From Octopus bimaculoides (lineage: Eukaryota), in NCBI RefSeq assembly GCF_001194135.2, contig NC_068989.1, positions 55,927,817-55,979,114 of the forward strand: a DNA stretch of 51,298 nucleotides. The letters run 5' to 3'. The position numbers were made by a program, and so were the translations under genes. The notes below the pieces were generated by a model. That model saw only the letters and a program-made list of their open reading frames with translations. It was not told the origin of the DNA and did no database searches. This document shows positions 22,940-36,254 of this stretch, piece after piece. The first letter of the stretch is position 1. Each line of letters begins with the position of its first letter.

Positions 22940-24560
22940 TGTAGAGACAGTAGTGGTAGTAGTAATAGTGATTGTGGTGGTTGTAGTGGTTGTGGTGGTA
23001 GTTAGTGGTGACAGTGATGATGGTGTAGGTGGTGGTGACAGAGAGCCAAATAGAGAGCCAAGATATTAACAAAGATAACAGTGTTGGTAATTGTGATTGA
23101 GTTAAAAAGGTACTTAGTTGTCTAGTGATGGTGATGACAATGGTTGTAGTGGTGGTGGTGGTGGTGGTGGTGGTGGTTGTGGTGGTGACATGGAGGTAGA
23201 GAAAGAGTTGGTAGATAGCATGGTGAAAGCGACGAAGATGATGAGGGTTAAGATGTTGATGTCAACAACAGAGCCGCTGCTCATACAGGTAATAGAAATG
23301 ATTATGATGGTGATAACAGCTATCATAAAAACAATGATGATGAGAATGATGATGATGATAAAGAATATATTATGATGATGGCGACAACAGTGAAGATAAT
23401 TATGATGATGAGGATGATGGTAATGATGATTATGATGATGATGATGATAAACAATATATTATGATGATGGCAACAATGGTGATGACAATTATGATGATGA
23501 TGATGATAGTGATCATGGTCATGATAATAGTGTTGATGATGATGATAACATCTTTGATATTGATTATAATGATGATGGTGATGGTAATAGCAGTTATGAT
23601 GAAGGCAATGATGATGAATGTGATGATGATAAATGTAAATGATGATGGCTAATATGATAATGCCAATATTGACGATGTTGCAGAATGCAAAAGGCTCTGG
23701 TGATGGTGCCACGTAAAAAGCACTGGTACTGGTGCCACATAAAAAAGCACCTGTGCTGGTGCCACATATAAAGCACCTAAGTACTGTGGTGGTGGTGGTG
23801 GTAGAGACGATGGTGGAGATGGAGATAGCAGTCATGATGATGATAATGATGGTAATGATGATGAAGATGGTAGTGGTGGTGGTAATAATAATGATCTTGA
23901 GGTTAACAATCGCAATGAATACATTCCTTACGTTTCTACAATCACCAAAATGTGGAACCAGGAATCTTATTTTTTTTTATCTTATTTTATCTAATATTCT
24001 ATACACTTCTTTTTATTGCAAGAGTACTCTCTGAGGAATATACAATATATTCTTCCTTTTTTTTTTTGTGTTTTACTTTTGTTTTTTTAATTTTCTGGTT
24101 TTTGTCTATTCCTTCATTCTGATGAGAATTGACAGTTGTTGATAATGTTGTTTTGTCATTGCTGTTGATTTTGTTGTTGTTGCTGTTGTTATGTTGCAGT
24201 ATGTTGAGGACAGTGTTGTGGCTGCTGATGATGGTGTTGTAGTTCTGTTATTGACGATGTAGATGTAGTATTGTTATTGATGATGATGATGATGATGATG
24301 ATGGTGTCTGTTGTGGTGATGTTATTGATGATAATGATGTTGTTGTGGTGTTGTTGTTTTGATGTTGTTGTGATGTTGTTGTGTTGTTGGTATGGTATGG
24401 TATTATCATTAACGATGATGATATTGTTGTGATGCTGCTGTGATGTTGTGATGTTGTTGCAATATTGCTATGATGTTGTGGTGTTGTTGCATCATTGCTA
24501 TTAATGATGAAGGTATTGTGCTTCTGATGATTTTGTGGTACAGCTGAGGTTAACATCGCT
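22940..24560. repeat. Compound degenerate trinucleotide field (GGT, GAT, TGT)
   Basis: Directly visible; it produces the poly-M/H/I/T pseudo-ORFs. Confidence 0.95.
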
Positions 24561-24884
24561 TTTCAATCTTTTAGGATTGATGATATAAAGTACCAGTTAT
24601 GCACTGGGGTTGATGTAATCAACTTACCCAACCCCACTGAAAAAAAAAAATGAAAATCAGGCTTTGTGCTCATAATAGAAAGGTTAATAATGTTGTTGAA
24701 GTTGCTGATGTCAACAGAGATGTTCATGAACATAACAATACTATTCTTGTATTGGTGGTATTGTCACTGTGTGGTTGTTATGGAGTTGCTGAAGTTGATG
24801 GCATTATTGTTGTAGTGTTATTGTAGTGTGATAGTTGTCATTGATAATGTTGGAGTTGTTCAGAAGCATAATGACTTTGTTGCA

Positions 24885-25249
24885 TTATTACCTCTGCTTT
24901 AGTGAAGGCAGAGGTATTGTTTACAGTCGTGTTTGTTTGTCCGTGGACAAGATATCTCAAGATCCGCTGGATGGAATCAGATGAGACTTTCAGGGATGTT
25001 TGGCCTCGTGACTGGCACAAACTGATTAGATTTGGGGATTGATCCAGTACCGGACAACGATTCTGGATTATTTTTCCTGTTTTTTAACTTAATTTTTGAG
25101 AGTGGTCGGGTTCATTTTTAGTATTCTCATTTGGTAGAGCAGTCGAGTTTATTTCAGATACTCTCATTTTAAAAATCATCTCCAGCTAATTGTTGAGAGG
25201 ACATTGGTGTTGCCTTGGTAGAGGTTTGCGCTCTCTGAGTGCTCTTGTT
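24885..25249 (+). mobile_element. Helentron-associated non-autonomous element (HINE/DINE-1-like)
   Basis: 5' subterminal IR TACCTCTGC with local partner GCAGAGGTA, GTTT microrepeat, 3' subTIR GGTAGAGGT, terminal hairpin GCGCTCTCTGAGTGC and T-rich flanks. Confidence 0.75.
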
Positions 25250-25534
25250 ATTTTTTGTTTTGTTGTTGTTGTTGATATATTTTGCCTGATATTGTCATTT
25301 TTTATGTTCATATTGATGATGATGTTGATGATGACATTGTTGTTGATATTGATCAACACCTGGCAAAATGCTTTGTGGCATTTAGTCTGTTTTTATGTTC
25401 TGGGTTCAAATTCCGCAATGGTCAACTTTGCCTTTTATCCTTTTAGGGGTCAATAAGATAAAGTACCAGTAGGAGACTGGGTGGGGGGTGTCAATATAAT
25501 CGTCTTAACCCTCTCCTGAAATTGCTGATATATT

Positions 25535-25630
25535 TGCTGCATGAAGAAGTGCTGATCCCTAACTGCGGAAGGAACCTGTGGAAGTGGTAGACCCAGGAAG
25601 ACATGGGACGAGGTGATGAAGCATGATCTT
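25535..25630 (+). mobile_element. RTE 3' ORF fragment
   Basis: EGTCGSGRPRKTWDEVMKHDL. Confidence 0.7.
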
Positions 25631-25859
25631 GTTGTTGTGTCATTGTTATTGACGATGATGGTATTGTTCTTCTGATGATGTTGTGGTATCGTTGAGGTTG
25701 ACTTTGCTTTTCATTCTTTCAGGGTCAATGATATAAAGTATCAGTTATACACTAGGGTCGTATTTTGGGTCTCACGGAAACAATGACAAGTGATTGCAAC
25801 ATTTGATAATTTGCTTTGTTTAAAAAGATACATCAAACCAAGTGAAATTTTAGTTGTTA

Positions 25860-26105
25860 TGGTCGGTGCCGGTGACACATAAAATGCAACAGTGCTGGTG
25901 ACATAAAAGGCTTCTGTGTTGGTGGCATGTAAAAAGCACCCATTACATTCCTGGAATGGTTGGTGTTAAGAAGAGCATCCAGCCATTGAAACCATGCCAA
26001 ATCAGACAGCAACCTGGTACAGCACTCCAGCTTGCCAGTTCCAGTCAAACCATCTAACCAATGCCAGTATGGAAAGTGGATGTTAAATGGATGATGATGA
26101 TGATG
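25860..26105 (+). mobile_element. SINE-like family S3 with an RTE-type 3' tail and (GAT)n
   Basis: gcatccagc...gaaac...ccaa..atgccagtatggaaagtggatgttaaa(tga)n. Other copies at 13810-13970, 26900-27110, 35290-35715, 39180-39370 and 42080-42210. Confidence 0.75.
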
Positions 26106-27276
26106 ATGTTCCCTGATGTTGTTGATATTCATACTGATGATGATGTTGGTGACCCCATCGTTGTTGGTATTGATGTGGCAGAATCATTAATAAGCAGCAT
26201 TTCATCCGATTTACATTCTAAGTTCAAATTCTGCTGAGGTCAACTTTGCCTTTTGTCCTTTCAGGAATCCATAAAATAAGTACCAGTTGGACACTGGGGT
26301 CCCCACAAATTGCTGGCCTTGTGCAAAAATTTGAAACAAATACTGATGTTACTGTCGATGTTGATATTAATGTCATTGATATTGATTTTGTTGTTGTTAT
26401 TGATGTTGTTCATTATATTTCCCACTCTGAAATCTGGTCATCACTTGCATAACATACTCTACTGAAAAAAAGAGAAAAATAAAACAAAATTTCATTGTAT
26501 AACAAAAAATCTGAAATTTTCATTGGAGAACTACATCTATTTAACATCTAAATTTGTGGATAAATTTGTCAGTGGGCAGTTTAGCTTAATGGTAAAGCAT
26601 TCAGCCAGAGTCTTTGGGAGATGTGGGTTTATTTTCCATGGCTGTTTGTTGACAAACTTTTCTGCTTTGTAAGAGTAATTTACCCAGTATTCTTGCTGTT
26701 CTAATAGTAATTCTGTGTTTTAAAAAAATCATCTTATTTCACTGGAAATTACATAGAGAAAAAACACAAAAGAAGACAGGAGTGTGAAAGATATATTTAT
26801 TAATAAAAAAGGGAGGTGAGAGTGATGATTTATAATGTATGGAAGAGCATATTAAGATTTTATAAGTATGTACACACACACCAAGATACAACACACACAC
26901 ACATACATATCATCATCATCATCATCACCATTTAACATCCATTTTTCCATGCTGACATGGGCTGGGCAGTTTGACATGAACTGGTGAGTCAGAGGATTGC
27001 ACTAAACTCTGCCGTCTGCTTTGGCATGGTTTCTATCATTAATGTCCTACCTAATACCAACCACTTTATGGAGTGTACTAGATACTTTTGTGTGACACCA
27101 GTAACTGTGAGGTTACAAAGGAACTCACAAGACAAGATCTCTCAGCTGAGCTGTGGAGCAGTATTGAAGGAAGTAGCTTTGTACCTGGTGATGAGAAGTT
27201 AAAGTATGACAGATGGACAGAAACAGGTATCCTGCAGTAAAGAAAATACATGGTAACACACACACGCATGCACACG

Positions 27277-27314
<38 letters not shown>

Positions 27315-27315
<1 letters not shown>

Positions 27316-29030
27316 TAAGGGTGGAGCACTTGCAGAAAACAGCACTGCTTAGAACTGATCAAATACTCCGGAAGGTTCTCAAAAAATAAGAGGCGTCACC
27401 TTAGTTCACTGGTAGGGAACAACTGACACTATAGTACATCTCCAGCATTAGAAGCTGTGCACTATAGTACATCTCCCCTATTTGTTCCACGTACTTCTTG
27501 AGACTTTTGCTCACTGTTCCCAGGGCTCCGACATTTATTGGTACTACTACTACTTTTTTCATCGACCACAACTGCTTAACTTCCAAAGTTAACCTGTCAT
27601 ATCTCTTAACTTTTCTTTCTTCTTTATCGCATACCTTGTTGTCAGCCAGGCATGCTATATCTATCATCCACATAGTTTGCTCTCTTTCTCAATTAAGACT
27701 ATGTCTGGCTTCCTATTCTCTATCTCATGGATGCACTGAATCATAAAATCCCATAGGATCTTTGCATTTCTATTTTCGACGATACCTTCAGGTTTGTGGT
27801 CGTACCAATTATTTGCTCTGTCAAGTCCATACTTGCTGCAAAGTGTCCAATGGACAAGCCTGGCTATATTGTCGTGGTGTCTCTTATATTCCCTTTGGGC
27901 TAGTGGCGTACATTGGCTGGTAAGATGTGATAAGGTTTCACCATTTTGTCCACAGATTCAGCACTTATCACTTTCTGATGTGTTGTCTATTCTGTATTTT
28001 ATGTAGTTTGTTCGTAGTGCTTGCTCTTGGGCAGCACAGATTAGAGCCTCCGTTTCTGGTTTTAAATCACTTTTAGTCATCCACAGTCATCTTTTTTCTC
28101 TGNNNNNNNNNNTAGTGCTTGCTCTTGGGCAGCACAGATTAGAGCCTCCGTTTCTGGTTTTAAATCACTTTTAGTCATCCACAGTCATCTTTTTTCTCTG
28201 TTTGTCTTATCTTCAACATCCCTATGAAATTGACTATGCATTCTTTTCTTTACCCACCTATTTTCAGTTTCATTCATTTTCAATTTCTTGTATATTGCTT
28301 TATCTTTGCAATCTTTCATCCTACCCAAGCCTGACCTTCTTACTTCTAATAATAGCGGTTCTGTGGCATTTTTTACATAGCATGCTATGATGTTTTCTTC
28401 TGTTCTAATGCTGTATTCTCATCTAATAAGCCCTCTTCCCTCTCTTTCTTGGTACATACAGTCTGTCTGTGTGACTTTTTGGGTGGAGTGTGCCATATCT
28501 AGTTAGCAACTTCCTTGTCTTTCTGTCTAAGTTGTTTAGTTCATCTACTGTCCCTGCTTCATATCTAAGGAGTGAAACTACCCAGGTGTTATAGCTTCAA
28601 TCTTATTCCGTCTGTTTAATTTCGACTTAAGGATCAGTCTCAGTCTGCGCAAGTAGACCTTAAATTTTTCTGTCATTTCTTTCTCCATCAATTTATCCAT
28701 TTCCAATATCCCCAAATACTTATAGCCTGTCTCTTCTATCTGCTTCATAACCTCCCTCAACGGTATCGTTAGCCCGTTCATACATTTGATTTTGCCTCTC
28801 TTCAATATTAATACACCACACTTTCTCAGTCCGAACTCCATTCTGATATCAGCACTGAAGGTATACACTGTATCAACAAGAGAACTGACTTTGGCTTCAT
28901 CTTTTCCATAAAGTTTGAGATCATCCATGAATAACAAATGGTTGACTTTTTGTTGGCAGCTTTTGAATACATACCCAGGTTTTGCTTTCCTCAAAATCAG
29001 TTTTAGTGGTATCAAGTACAGTACAAAGAT
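27315..29030 (-). mobile_element. 5'-truncated R4/Dong-type (RLE-clade) LINE covering RT, CCHC and restriction-like endonuclease; the last ~145 bp are inverted
   Basis: KVNHLLFMDDLKLYGK, YKYLGI, CRICGQNGETLSHLTSQC, KILWDFMIQC, MIDIAC...VVVPINVGALG. The C-terminus IRVEHLQKTALL...ILRKVLKK* lies on the + strand at 27315-27389. Confidence 0.9.
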
Positions 29031-29444
29031 CAAAAATATTATTATTATTATTTTTATTATTATCATTATTTCAGTTTGTTGTTATGTGTATGATCAGTTA
29101 CAGGACAGGAGTGGGAGTATAAAGTAGAGTTTATTGCATGAAACACAATTACAGAGATATCAGTGGAGGTACATCTTTATTTGTCAAAACACTTGTCCAT
29201 AGGATTTTAGCAACACTACTGAAGTGAATTGGTAAATGTGATGCTACATATTGAGAAATCACCATTCTCACTACGTGTGTTCTAAATCACACTATAAAAC
29301 ACTGCTAAGCCTCATCTTTACTTATTTACCAAATCATTTATTCATTTACTTATTTGTTGAGTTGATTTTTTTTTATGTGTGTATGCAGTTATCGTGGAGT
29401 TCAGTGTGCTTATATGTGTACACATGTATATATATATGTGTCAT

Positions 29445-29697
29445 CATCATCATCATCGTTTAACGCCGCTTTCCATGCTAGCATGGGTTGGACGATTTGA
29501 CTGAGGACTGGTGAAACCGGATGGCAACACCAGGCTCCAGTCTGATTTGGCAGAGTTTCTACAGCTGGATGCCCTTCCTAACGCCAACCACTCAGAGAGT
29601 GTAGTGGGTGCTTTTACGTGTCACCCGCACGAAAACGGCCACGCTCGAAATGGTGTCTATTATGTGCCACCCGCACAAGCCAGTCCAGGGGCAATAT
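29445..29697 (-). mobile_element. SINE-like S3 copy
   Basis: catcatcgtttaacgccgctttccatgctagcatgggttggacg... Confidence 0.85.
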
Positions 29698-29973
29698 NNN
29701 NNNNNNNNNNNNNNNNNNNNNNNNNNNNNNNNNNNNNNNNNNNNNNNNNNNNNNNNNNNNNNNNNNNNNNNNNNNNNNNNNNNNNNNNNNNNNNNNNNNN
29801 NNNNNNNNNNNNNNNNNNNNNNNNNNNNNNNNNNNNNNNNNNNNNNNNNNNNNNNNNNNNNNNNNNNNNNNNNNNNNNNNNNNNNNNNNNNNNNNNNNNN
29901 NNNNNNNNNNNNNNNNNNNNNNNNNNNNNNNNNNNNNNNNNNNNNNNNNNNNNNNNNATATACATACATGCAT

Positions 29974-30020
<47 letters not shown>

Positions 30021-30347
30021 AAACACGCATAATGTATAACAAATGTATGTGTATATGGTAAGACATACAGCACTCAAATTTGCTATCACAAATTTCCATA
30101 CATTTTGTATTGTGTGCGTGTGTATACACACACACAAGTACATATATATATATTATATATATTATACATACATGCATACATACATAGACATATATACATA
30201 TACATACACACACACACATATATACATGTATATAAATCTCTATATGCACATTCTCATACGTGTTTTTTATTCCTTCATCCTTATACTGTTTGTGTATATT
30301 AATGCTCCAGTGCCTTGCTGTACCACACGTACTCACACACACACACC

Positions 30348-30400
<53 letters not shown>

Positions 30401-30654
30401 TCCACTACTCCACTTACAATGATCCAGGCAGACATCTAGCGACCATGGCAGCAAACATTTATGGTTGATTCGGTACTATTTACAACCCAACGAATATTAA
30501 TAGTATGTAAACACTAATGTACGATGTAGCATAAGAAGCGTGTGTATGTGTGTGTGTGTGTGTGTATGTGTGTGTGTGTAAAGTATTGAAACAGTGAAAT
30601 GTCCGTCCTTGCTTGTGAATGCATACGTATGTCTCTGTATGTGTGAGCGTGTAG

Positions 30655-30698
<44 letters not shown>

Positions 30699-30939
30699 AT
30701 ATGTATTTATACGTATTTTAATAGATGGATGGATGGAGTAGTGGGGGTTGCTGTTAGAGGTTTTTATTTCCGCTGTTTTACACTTGGAGTGGATGTGGAA
30801 AGAGGAAGATGTCGGTGAAGAAGTGGAATTAAATGAAGTATAGATGTAAATGTCATTGGTCATACAGTACACATGTACATATGCGCATACTTGTGGTTGA
30901 GTGTAAATATATATATATTCATATGTATACACACACACA

Positions 30940-30979
<40 letters not shown>

Positions 30980-31980
30980 CGTACATAAAGAAAGTTATGC
31001 ACATACTATAGATGTATTTGTATACATATTTATATATATATATATATATATATATANNNNNNNNNNNNNNNNNNNNNNNNNNNNNNNNNNNNNNNNNNNN
31101 NNNNNNNNNNNNNNNNNNNNNNNNNNNNNNNNNNNNNNNNNNNNNNNNNNNNNNNNNNNNNNNNNNNNNNNNNNNNNNNNNNNNNNNNNNNNNNNNNNNN
31201 NNNNNNNNNNNNNNNNNNNNNNNNNNNNNNNNNNNNNNNNNNNNNNNNNNNNNNNNNNNNNNNNNNNNNNNNNNNNNNNNNNNNNNNNNNNNNNNNNNNN
31301 NNNNNNNNNNNNNNNNNNNNNNNNNNNNNNNNNNNNNNNNNNNNNNNNNNNNNNNNNNNNNNNNNNNNNNNNNNNNNNNNNNNNNNNNNNNNNNNNNNNN
31401 NNNNNNNNNNNNNNNNNNNNNNNNNNNNNNNNNNNNNNNNNNNNNNNNNNNNNNNNNNNNNNNNNNNNNNNNNNNNNNNNNNNNNNNNNNNNNNNNNNNN
31501 NNNNNNNNNNNNNNNNNNNNNNNNNNNNNNNNNNNNNNNNNNNNNNNNNNNNNNNNNNNNNNNNNNNNNNNNNNNNNNNNNNNNNNNNNNNNNNNNNNNN
31601 NNNNNNNNNNNNNNNNNNNNNNNNNNNNNNNNNNNNNNNNNNNNNNNNNNNNNNNNNNNNNNNNNNNNNNNNNNNNNNNNNNNNNNNNNNNNNNNNNNNN
31701 NNNNNNNNNNNNNNNNNNNNNNNNNNNNNNNNNNNNNNNNNNNNNNNNNNNNNNNNNNNNNNNNNNNNNNNNNNNNNNNNNNNNNNNNNNNNNNNNNNNN
31801 NNNNNNNNNNNNNNNNNNNNNNNNNNNNNNNNNNNNNNNNNNNNNNNNNNNNNNNNNNNNNNNNNNNNNNNNNNNNNNNNNNNNNNNNNNNNNNNNNNNN
31901 NNNNNNNNNNNNNNNNNNNNNNNNNNNNNNNNNNNNNNNNNNNNNNNNNNNNNNNNNNNNNNNNNNNNNNNNNNNNNNNN

Positions 31981-32035
<55 letters not shown>

Positions 32036-32445
32036 TTTTACTGAACCTGAATACTCTTCAAAAACTGTTTGTCAGAGTTTCACATACATGTGACTGATAA
32101 TCAGTCAGACATGATTATTTGGAACAATAGAATGGTTTGTAAATGTTTATGAATGGTGCAAGGAAAATTATTTCACAACTCATCGAATGAACATTTAAGG
32201 CTGTTTGGACAGGGCATTATTACTTTTCAAAATAACAGCAATCTGGTAGATGAAACAATGGTTTTATGTGTGTGTGTGTGTGTGTGTGTNNNNNNNNNNN
32301 NNNNNNNNNNNNNNNNNNNNNNNNNNNNNNNNNNNNNNNNNNNNNNNNNNNNNNNNNNNNNNNNNNNNNNNNNNNNNNNNNNNNNNNNNNNNNNNNNNNN
32401 NNNNNNNNNNNNNNNNNNNNNNNNNNNNNNNNNNNNNNNNNNNNN

Positions 32446-32479
<34 letters not shown>

Positions 32480-33180
32480 TTAGAAGACCCGGCAAGACAA
32501 GTGAGACCATAACCCATGGCCTTTACCAGGGGTGTAGCCAGCCCACTTATGTGTACCTTTCCTTCTTTGGACACAAAACCCTGCTTGCGAAGACTTGTTG
32601 AGGCAAGTGAAATCGAAATCAAAATTGAACCAAATTCGACGACTGGCACCCATGCCAACCTTCCTTCATTGGACACTAAACTCAGCTTGCAAAGACCTGT
32701 TGGGGCAAGTGAGATCAAAACTCAACCAAATTCGTTGACTGGCACTTGTGCCAGTGGAGTGCTAACAGCACCATCTGACTGGGATCACTGCTAGAGCAGC
32801 GGTCTCGCTTCCATGCCGGTGGCATGTAAGAAGCACCATTTAAGCACGATCATTTCCAATTTTGCCTTACTGGCACTTGTGCCGGTGGCATGTGAACAAA
32901 ACATTGGACTGACTCTTCTGCATGTGGCACATAAAAAACACCATTTGAGCGTAGCCATTGCCAGTACCGCCAGACTGGCCCTCGAGCTGGTTGCAAATAA
33001 AAAGCACCCACTACACTCTCGGAGTGGCTGGGGTTCGGAAGGGCATCCAGCTGTAGAAACTCTGCCAGATCAGATTGGAGCCTGGTGTAGCCATCTGGTT
33101 CGCCAGTCCCCAGTCAAATCGTCCAACCAATGCTAGCATGGAAAGCGGATGTTAAATGATGATGATGATGATGATGATGA
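32480..33180 (+). mobile_element. Long S3 copy with an internal ~90-bp duplication and GTGCC/GGCAC subrepeats
   Basis: ttccttc.ttggacac.aaac...aaccaaattcg occurs twice (about 32560 and 32665); the element ends catgctagcatggaaagcggatgttaaa(tga)n. Confidence 0.8.
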
Positions 33181-33302
33181 TATATATATATATTTTTCAT
33201 ATTCTTCTTCTTGTCATTCTTGTTATTGGTGAATATCCTCCATCAGATTTGTTCTAGCAGAGTATGGTGTTTTTAAGATCTTGTGAACAATTGTGACATT
33301 AA

Positions 33303-33564
33303 ACCTTTAGCATTTTAAAGCAGCCATATCTAACTCAAACACTATATTTGTTTTATGTTTAATCTGGCCCACATATACATATTCTACCTGTTTTTATGTT
33401 CAAGCTAGCCACATCCTGTCTCTCACATCTCCCCTACAATGTCATTCTAAAAATAGACAATTTCATCACAAAAATCTCAAAGCTTCAAGATAATGCACGA
33501 TTAATTCAAAATGATGTGAATAAATAAGTGTTACATTTGACAGAGTAATTTGATTGCTGATGAG
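33303..33564. mobile_element. piggyBac-like MITE (decayed)
   Basis: TTAA at both ends; homologous to 15073-15292. Confidence 0.75.
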
Positions 33565-34621
33565 TTAATGAGATTGATGTTGGTGATCTTAAAAAAATGG
33601 ATTTGGAAGAGAAGAATACTCCAAGATGTTGCGTAATTTCTAGAATCATCAGAGATATTTTTGTTAAGAACTTTCAAACTGTTTTTATTTTAATGTTCTC
33701 AAGTATTTTTGACACCAAGCTCAACTAAAACTGAACATGAGCCAATGAGAGTTTGTATGTGATCATTCTGTCTGCTAGAGAAAGCACTCAATATCTCACT
33801 GAAATCACATGGTACTGTTTTGAAAAGGAAGATCTGGGTGGAAAGGAAAGTACACATTGACTGATATAGTCCTAGAAAGACAGGATGATCACAGCTGGAT
33901 AATCAAAATGCCTTTTGATTAGAGGTCTGCTTGGTCAGGGTTCACCTGGGGTCGCTGTACAGCAAAAGAATAAAAGATTGCTTTGTTGTAATCATTCTGT
34001 CTCTCTGCATTTTGAGTTCATTTTCCCAATGTGGGCAAATTTGTCTCTCATTTTTTTGGGTTTGATAAATAAAGTACCAGTCCTGTTCTGGGGGCCATTT
34101 CTTCACTTTCATTCACTCTTTGTATCTGTCTAATGATGATGATGATCTATGCATATGTACATATAAATGTAAGTGTACTCGAGTGTATGTTTGTGTGTGA
34201 ATGCATACATAGAAGAAAGTTGTGTATGCATGTATGTATGCATGTATGTATGTATGATGAATGTATTTATATATGTATGCCATTATTCATTTTATTTCAA
34301 GTTTTCTTGCCAATAGAGAAGGAACCAGTTTCTAACTTAGATCCAAGGTTCCTTCATTGGAATTTCAATATCAACAACAGGGTATATATGTATGTATGTA
34401 TGTATGTATATGCAGATTTGTATGTTTTATGTATGTATTCTCATGCATATAGTTGCATATCAAGATATGCTCATATATAGTTAAATGATAAATTTCTGTG
34501 TATGTATGTATGTGGGTATGTTTGTATGCATGCATGTATATGTGTGTGTGTGTACATGTGTGTATGTATTATATATGCATGTATTTGTTCATGTGTGCAT
34601 ATGTGTGCGTGTATGTGTGTG

Positions 34622-34659
<38 letters not shown>

Positions 34660-35092
34660 GTCACTAAGGTCATCTAGGTCATTAAGTGGATGTTCCCATG
34701 AGTTAAGAGGAAGTAGAAAGAGAGAGAGAGCGAGTATAAGAACAGCTATTTCCTAACAAATATTTCCCTTCTTCATCATAAGTGTTATTATGTAAAGCAT
34801 ATTTCTCAGTCATATGGATGTGCAATATAACTTCAGGCATGTTGTTATTTCAGTCTAGGTCAATGCTTCTGAAACAAACTTATGATCAAAGACAGTGAAG
34901 CCAGTCTTTTATTCAATTATAGTATATCAAACACATATTGTCAATTGTGTCCATCCTTCATCTAGACAGTAGAGATGTTATTTGAGGGGTTTGAGGTGCT
35001 CTTTGTAGCTGGTCACAAGACAACAACAAGGCTCTTGTTTAGGTGTGGTGTAAAAAACTAAGGACTAAATATTAGTTGGAATGTTGTTTTAA

Positions 35093-35761
35093 CCCTTTAG
35101 TATTTAAACTGGCCAGATCTGGCCAAAATATTCTACCTGTTTTATGTTCAAACTGGCCAGATCTGACCAAAATATTCTACCTGTTTTATGTTCAAACTGG
35201 CCAGCTCTGGCCCCTCACACCAACTAAAAATTAGAAGTTACCTCATGGAAACCTCAAATCTATAAGATAGTACATGATTAATTCAAAACAATCCTCATCA
35301 TTGACGTCCTCCTCATCATTCTCATCATCATCATCATTGTCACCATCATCATTATCATCATCATCGTCACCATCATCTTTATCATCATTTAACGTATGCT
35401 TTCCATACTGGCATGGGTTAGATGATTTGACTGGAACTGGTAAGTCGGGGAGCTGCACCAGGTTCCAGTCTGACTTGGCAATGGTTTCTATGGCTGGATT
35501 CCTTTCCTAATACCAACCACTCCAAGAGTGGCTGGTGTTAGGAAGGACACTCCAAGAGTGTAATGGGTGCTTTTTACATACCACTGGTACAGGTGCCATT
35601 TACATGACATTGGCAACAAGCCATGACTGCAGTTTCATTGGTGCTATTTACATGACACTGACAATGGCCACAACTATGGTTTCACTTGGCTTGATGAGTC
35701 TTCTTGAACAATGTGAATAAATAAACATTACATTTGACAGAAAAATCGGAATGCAAAGGAG
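35093..35761. mobile_element. piggyBac-like MITE with an internal tandem duplication and a nested S3 SINE
   Basis: TTAA|CCCTTTAG...GCAAAGGAG|TTAA; a repeated aactggccagatctg.ccaaaatattctacctgttttatg block; S3 inserted at about 35290-35715. Confidence 0.75.
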
Positions 35762-36254
35762 TTAAATCATAGAGAACTGGAATAGTTTTTTTTTTTTTTT
35801 TTTTTTTTTGCCTTGTGAAGTACTTCATAATTGATTCTCATTGGATTTAGACTTTATTCTTCATTTCTCTAAATTTTGTAGAATAACCATTGGAAATATT
35901 CTGCTGTTCCACAGTGCAGCTGGTAACATGTATTTCAGTACAACCTGTTGTATGGACGAGTCATTAAGGACTAAACTGGCAACCCTACCATGTTTTTTTG
36001 ATGAGAAAAGTGAGACTAACAACAAAATCTGACAAAGGGCAGAGGAACTCACAACAGCTATCCAGAATTGTCCAGTAGCTATCCAAATGGTGACTTGTGG
36101 CATCACTGAAGGGTGATACTGATACCAGCATGTCTTGGCCTGTCCTTGCCTGCTGGCTCATCAGGCTCATCATCTGTTTTGGCTTAGTTTCCACAGCTGG
36201 ATGCCCTTCCAAATGCCAACCACTTTACAAAGTGAACTGGATGTTTTTTACATG

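Noticed and set aside
23114-24556. Poly-Met/His/Ile/Thr ORFs
   Set aside because: Translations of GAT/GGT microsatellites, with no splice or composition support
28016-28199. Exact ~87-bp duplication around a 10-N gap
   Set aside because: Typical unmerged contig overlap; assembly artefact
33620-33660. CTGATGA...GAAA on the minus strand
   Set aside because: No stem I, II or III pairing; chance match to the hammerhead core
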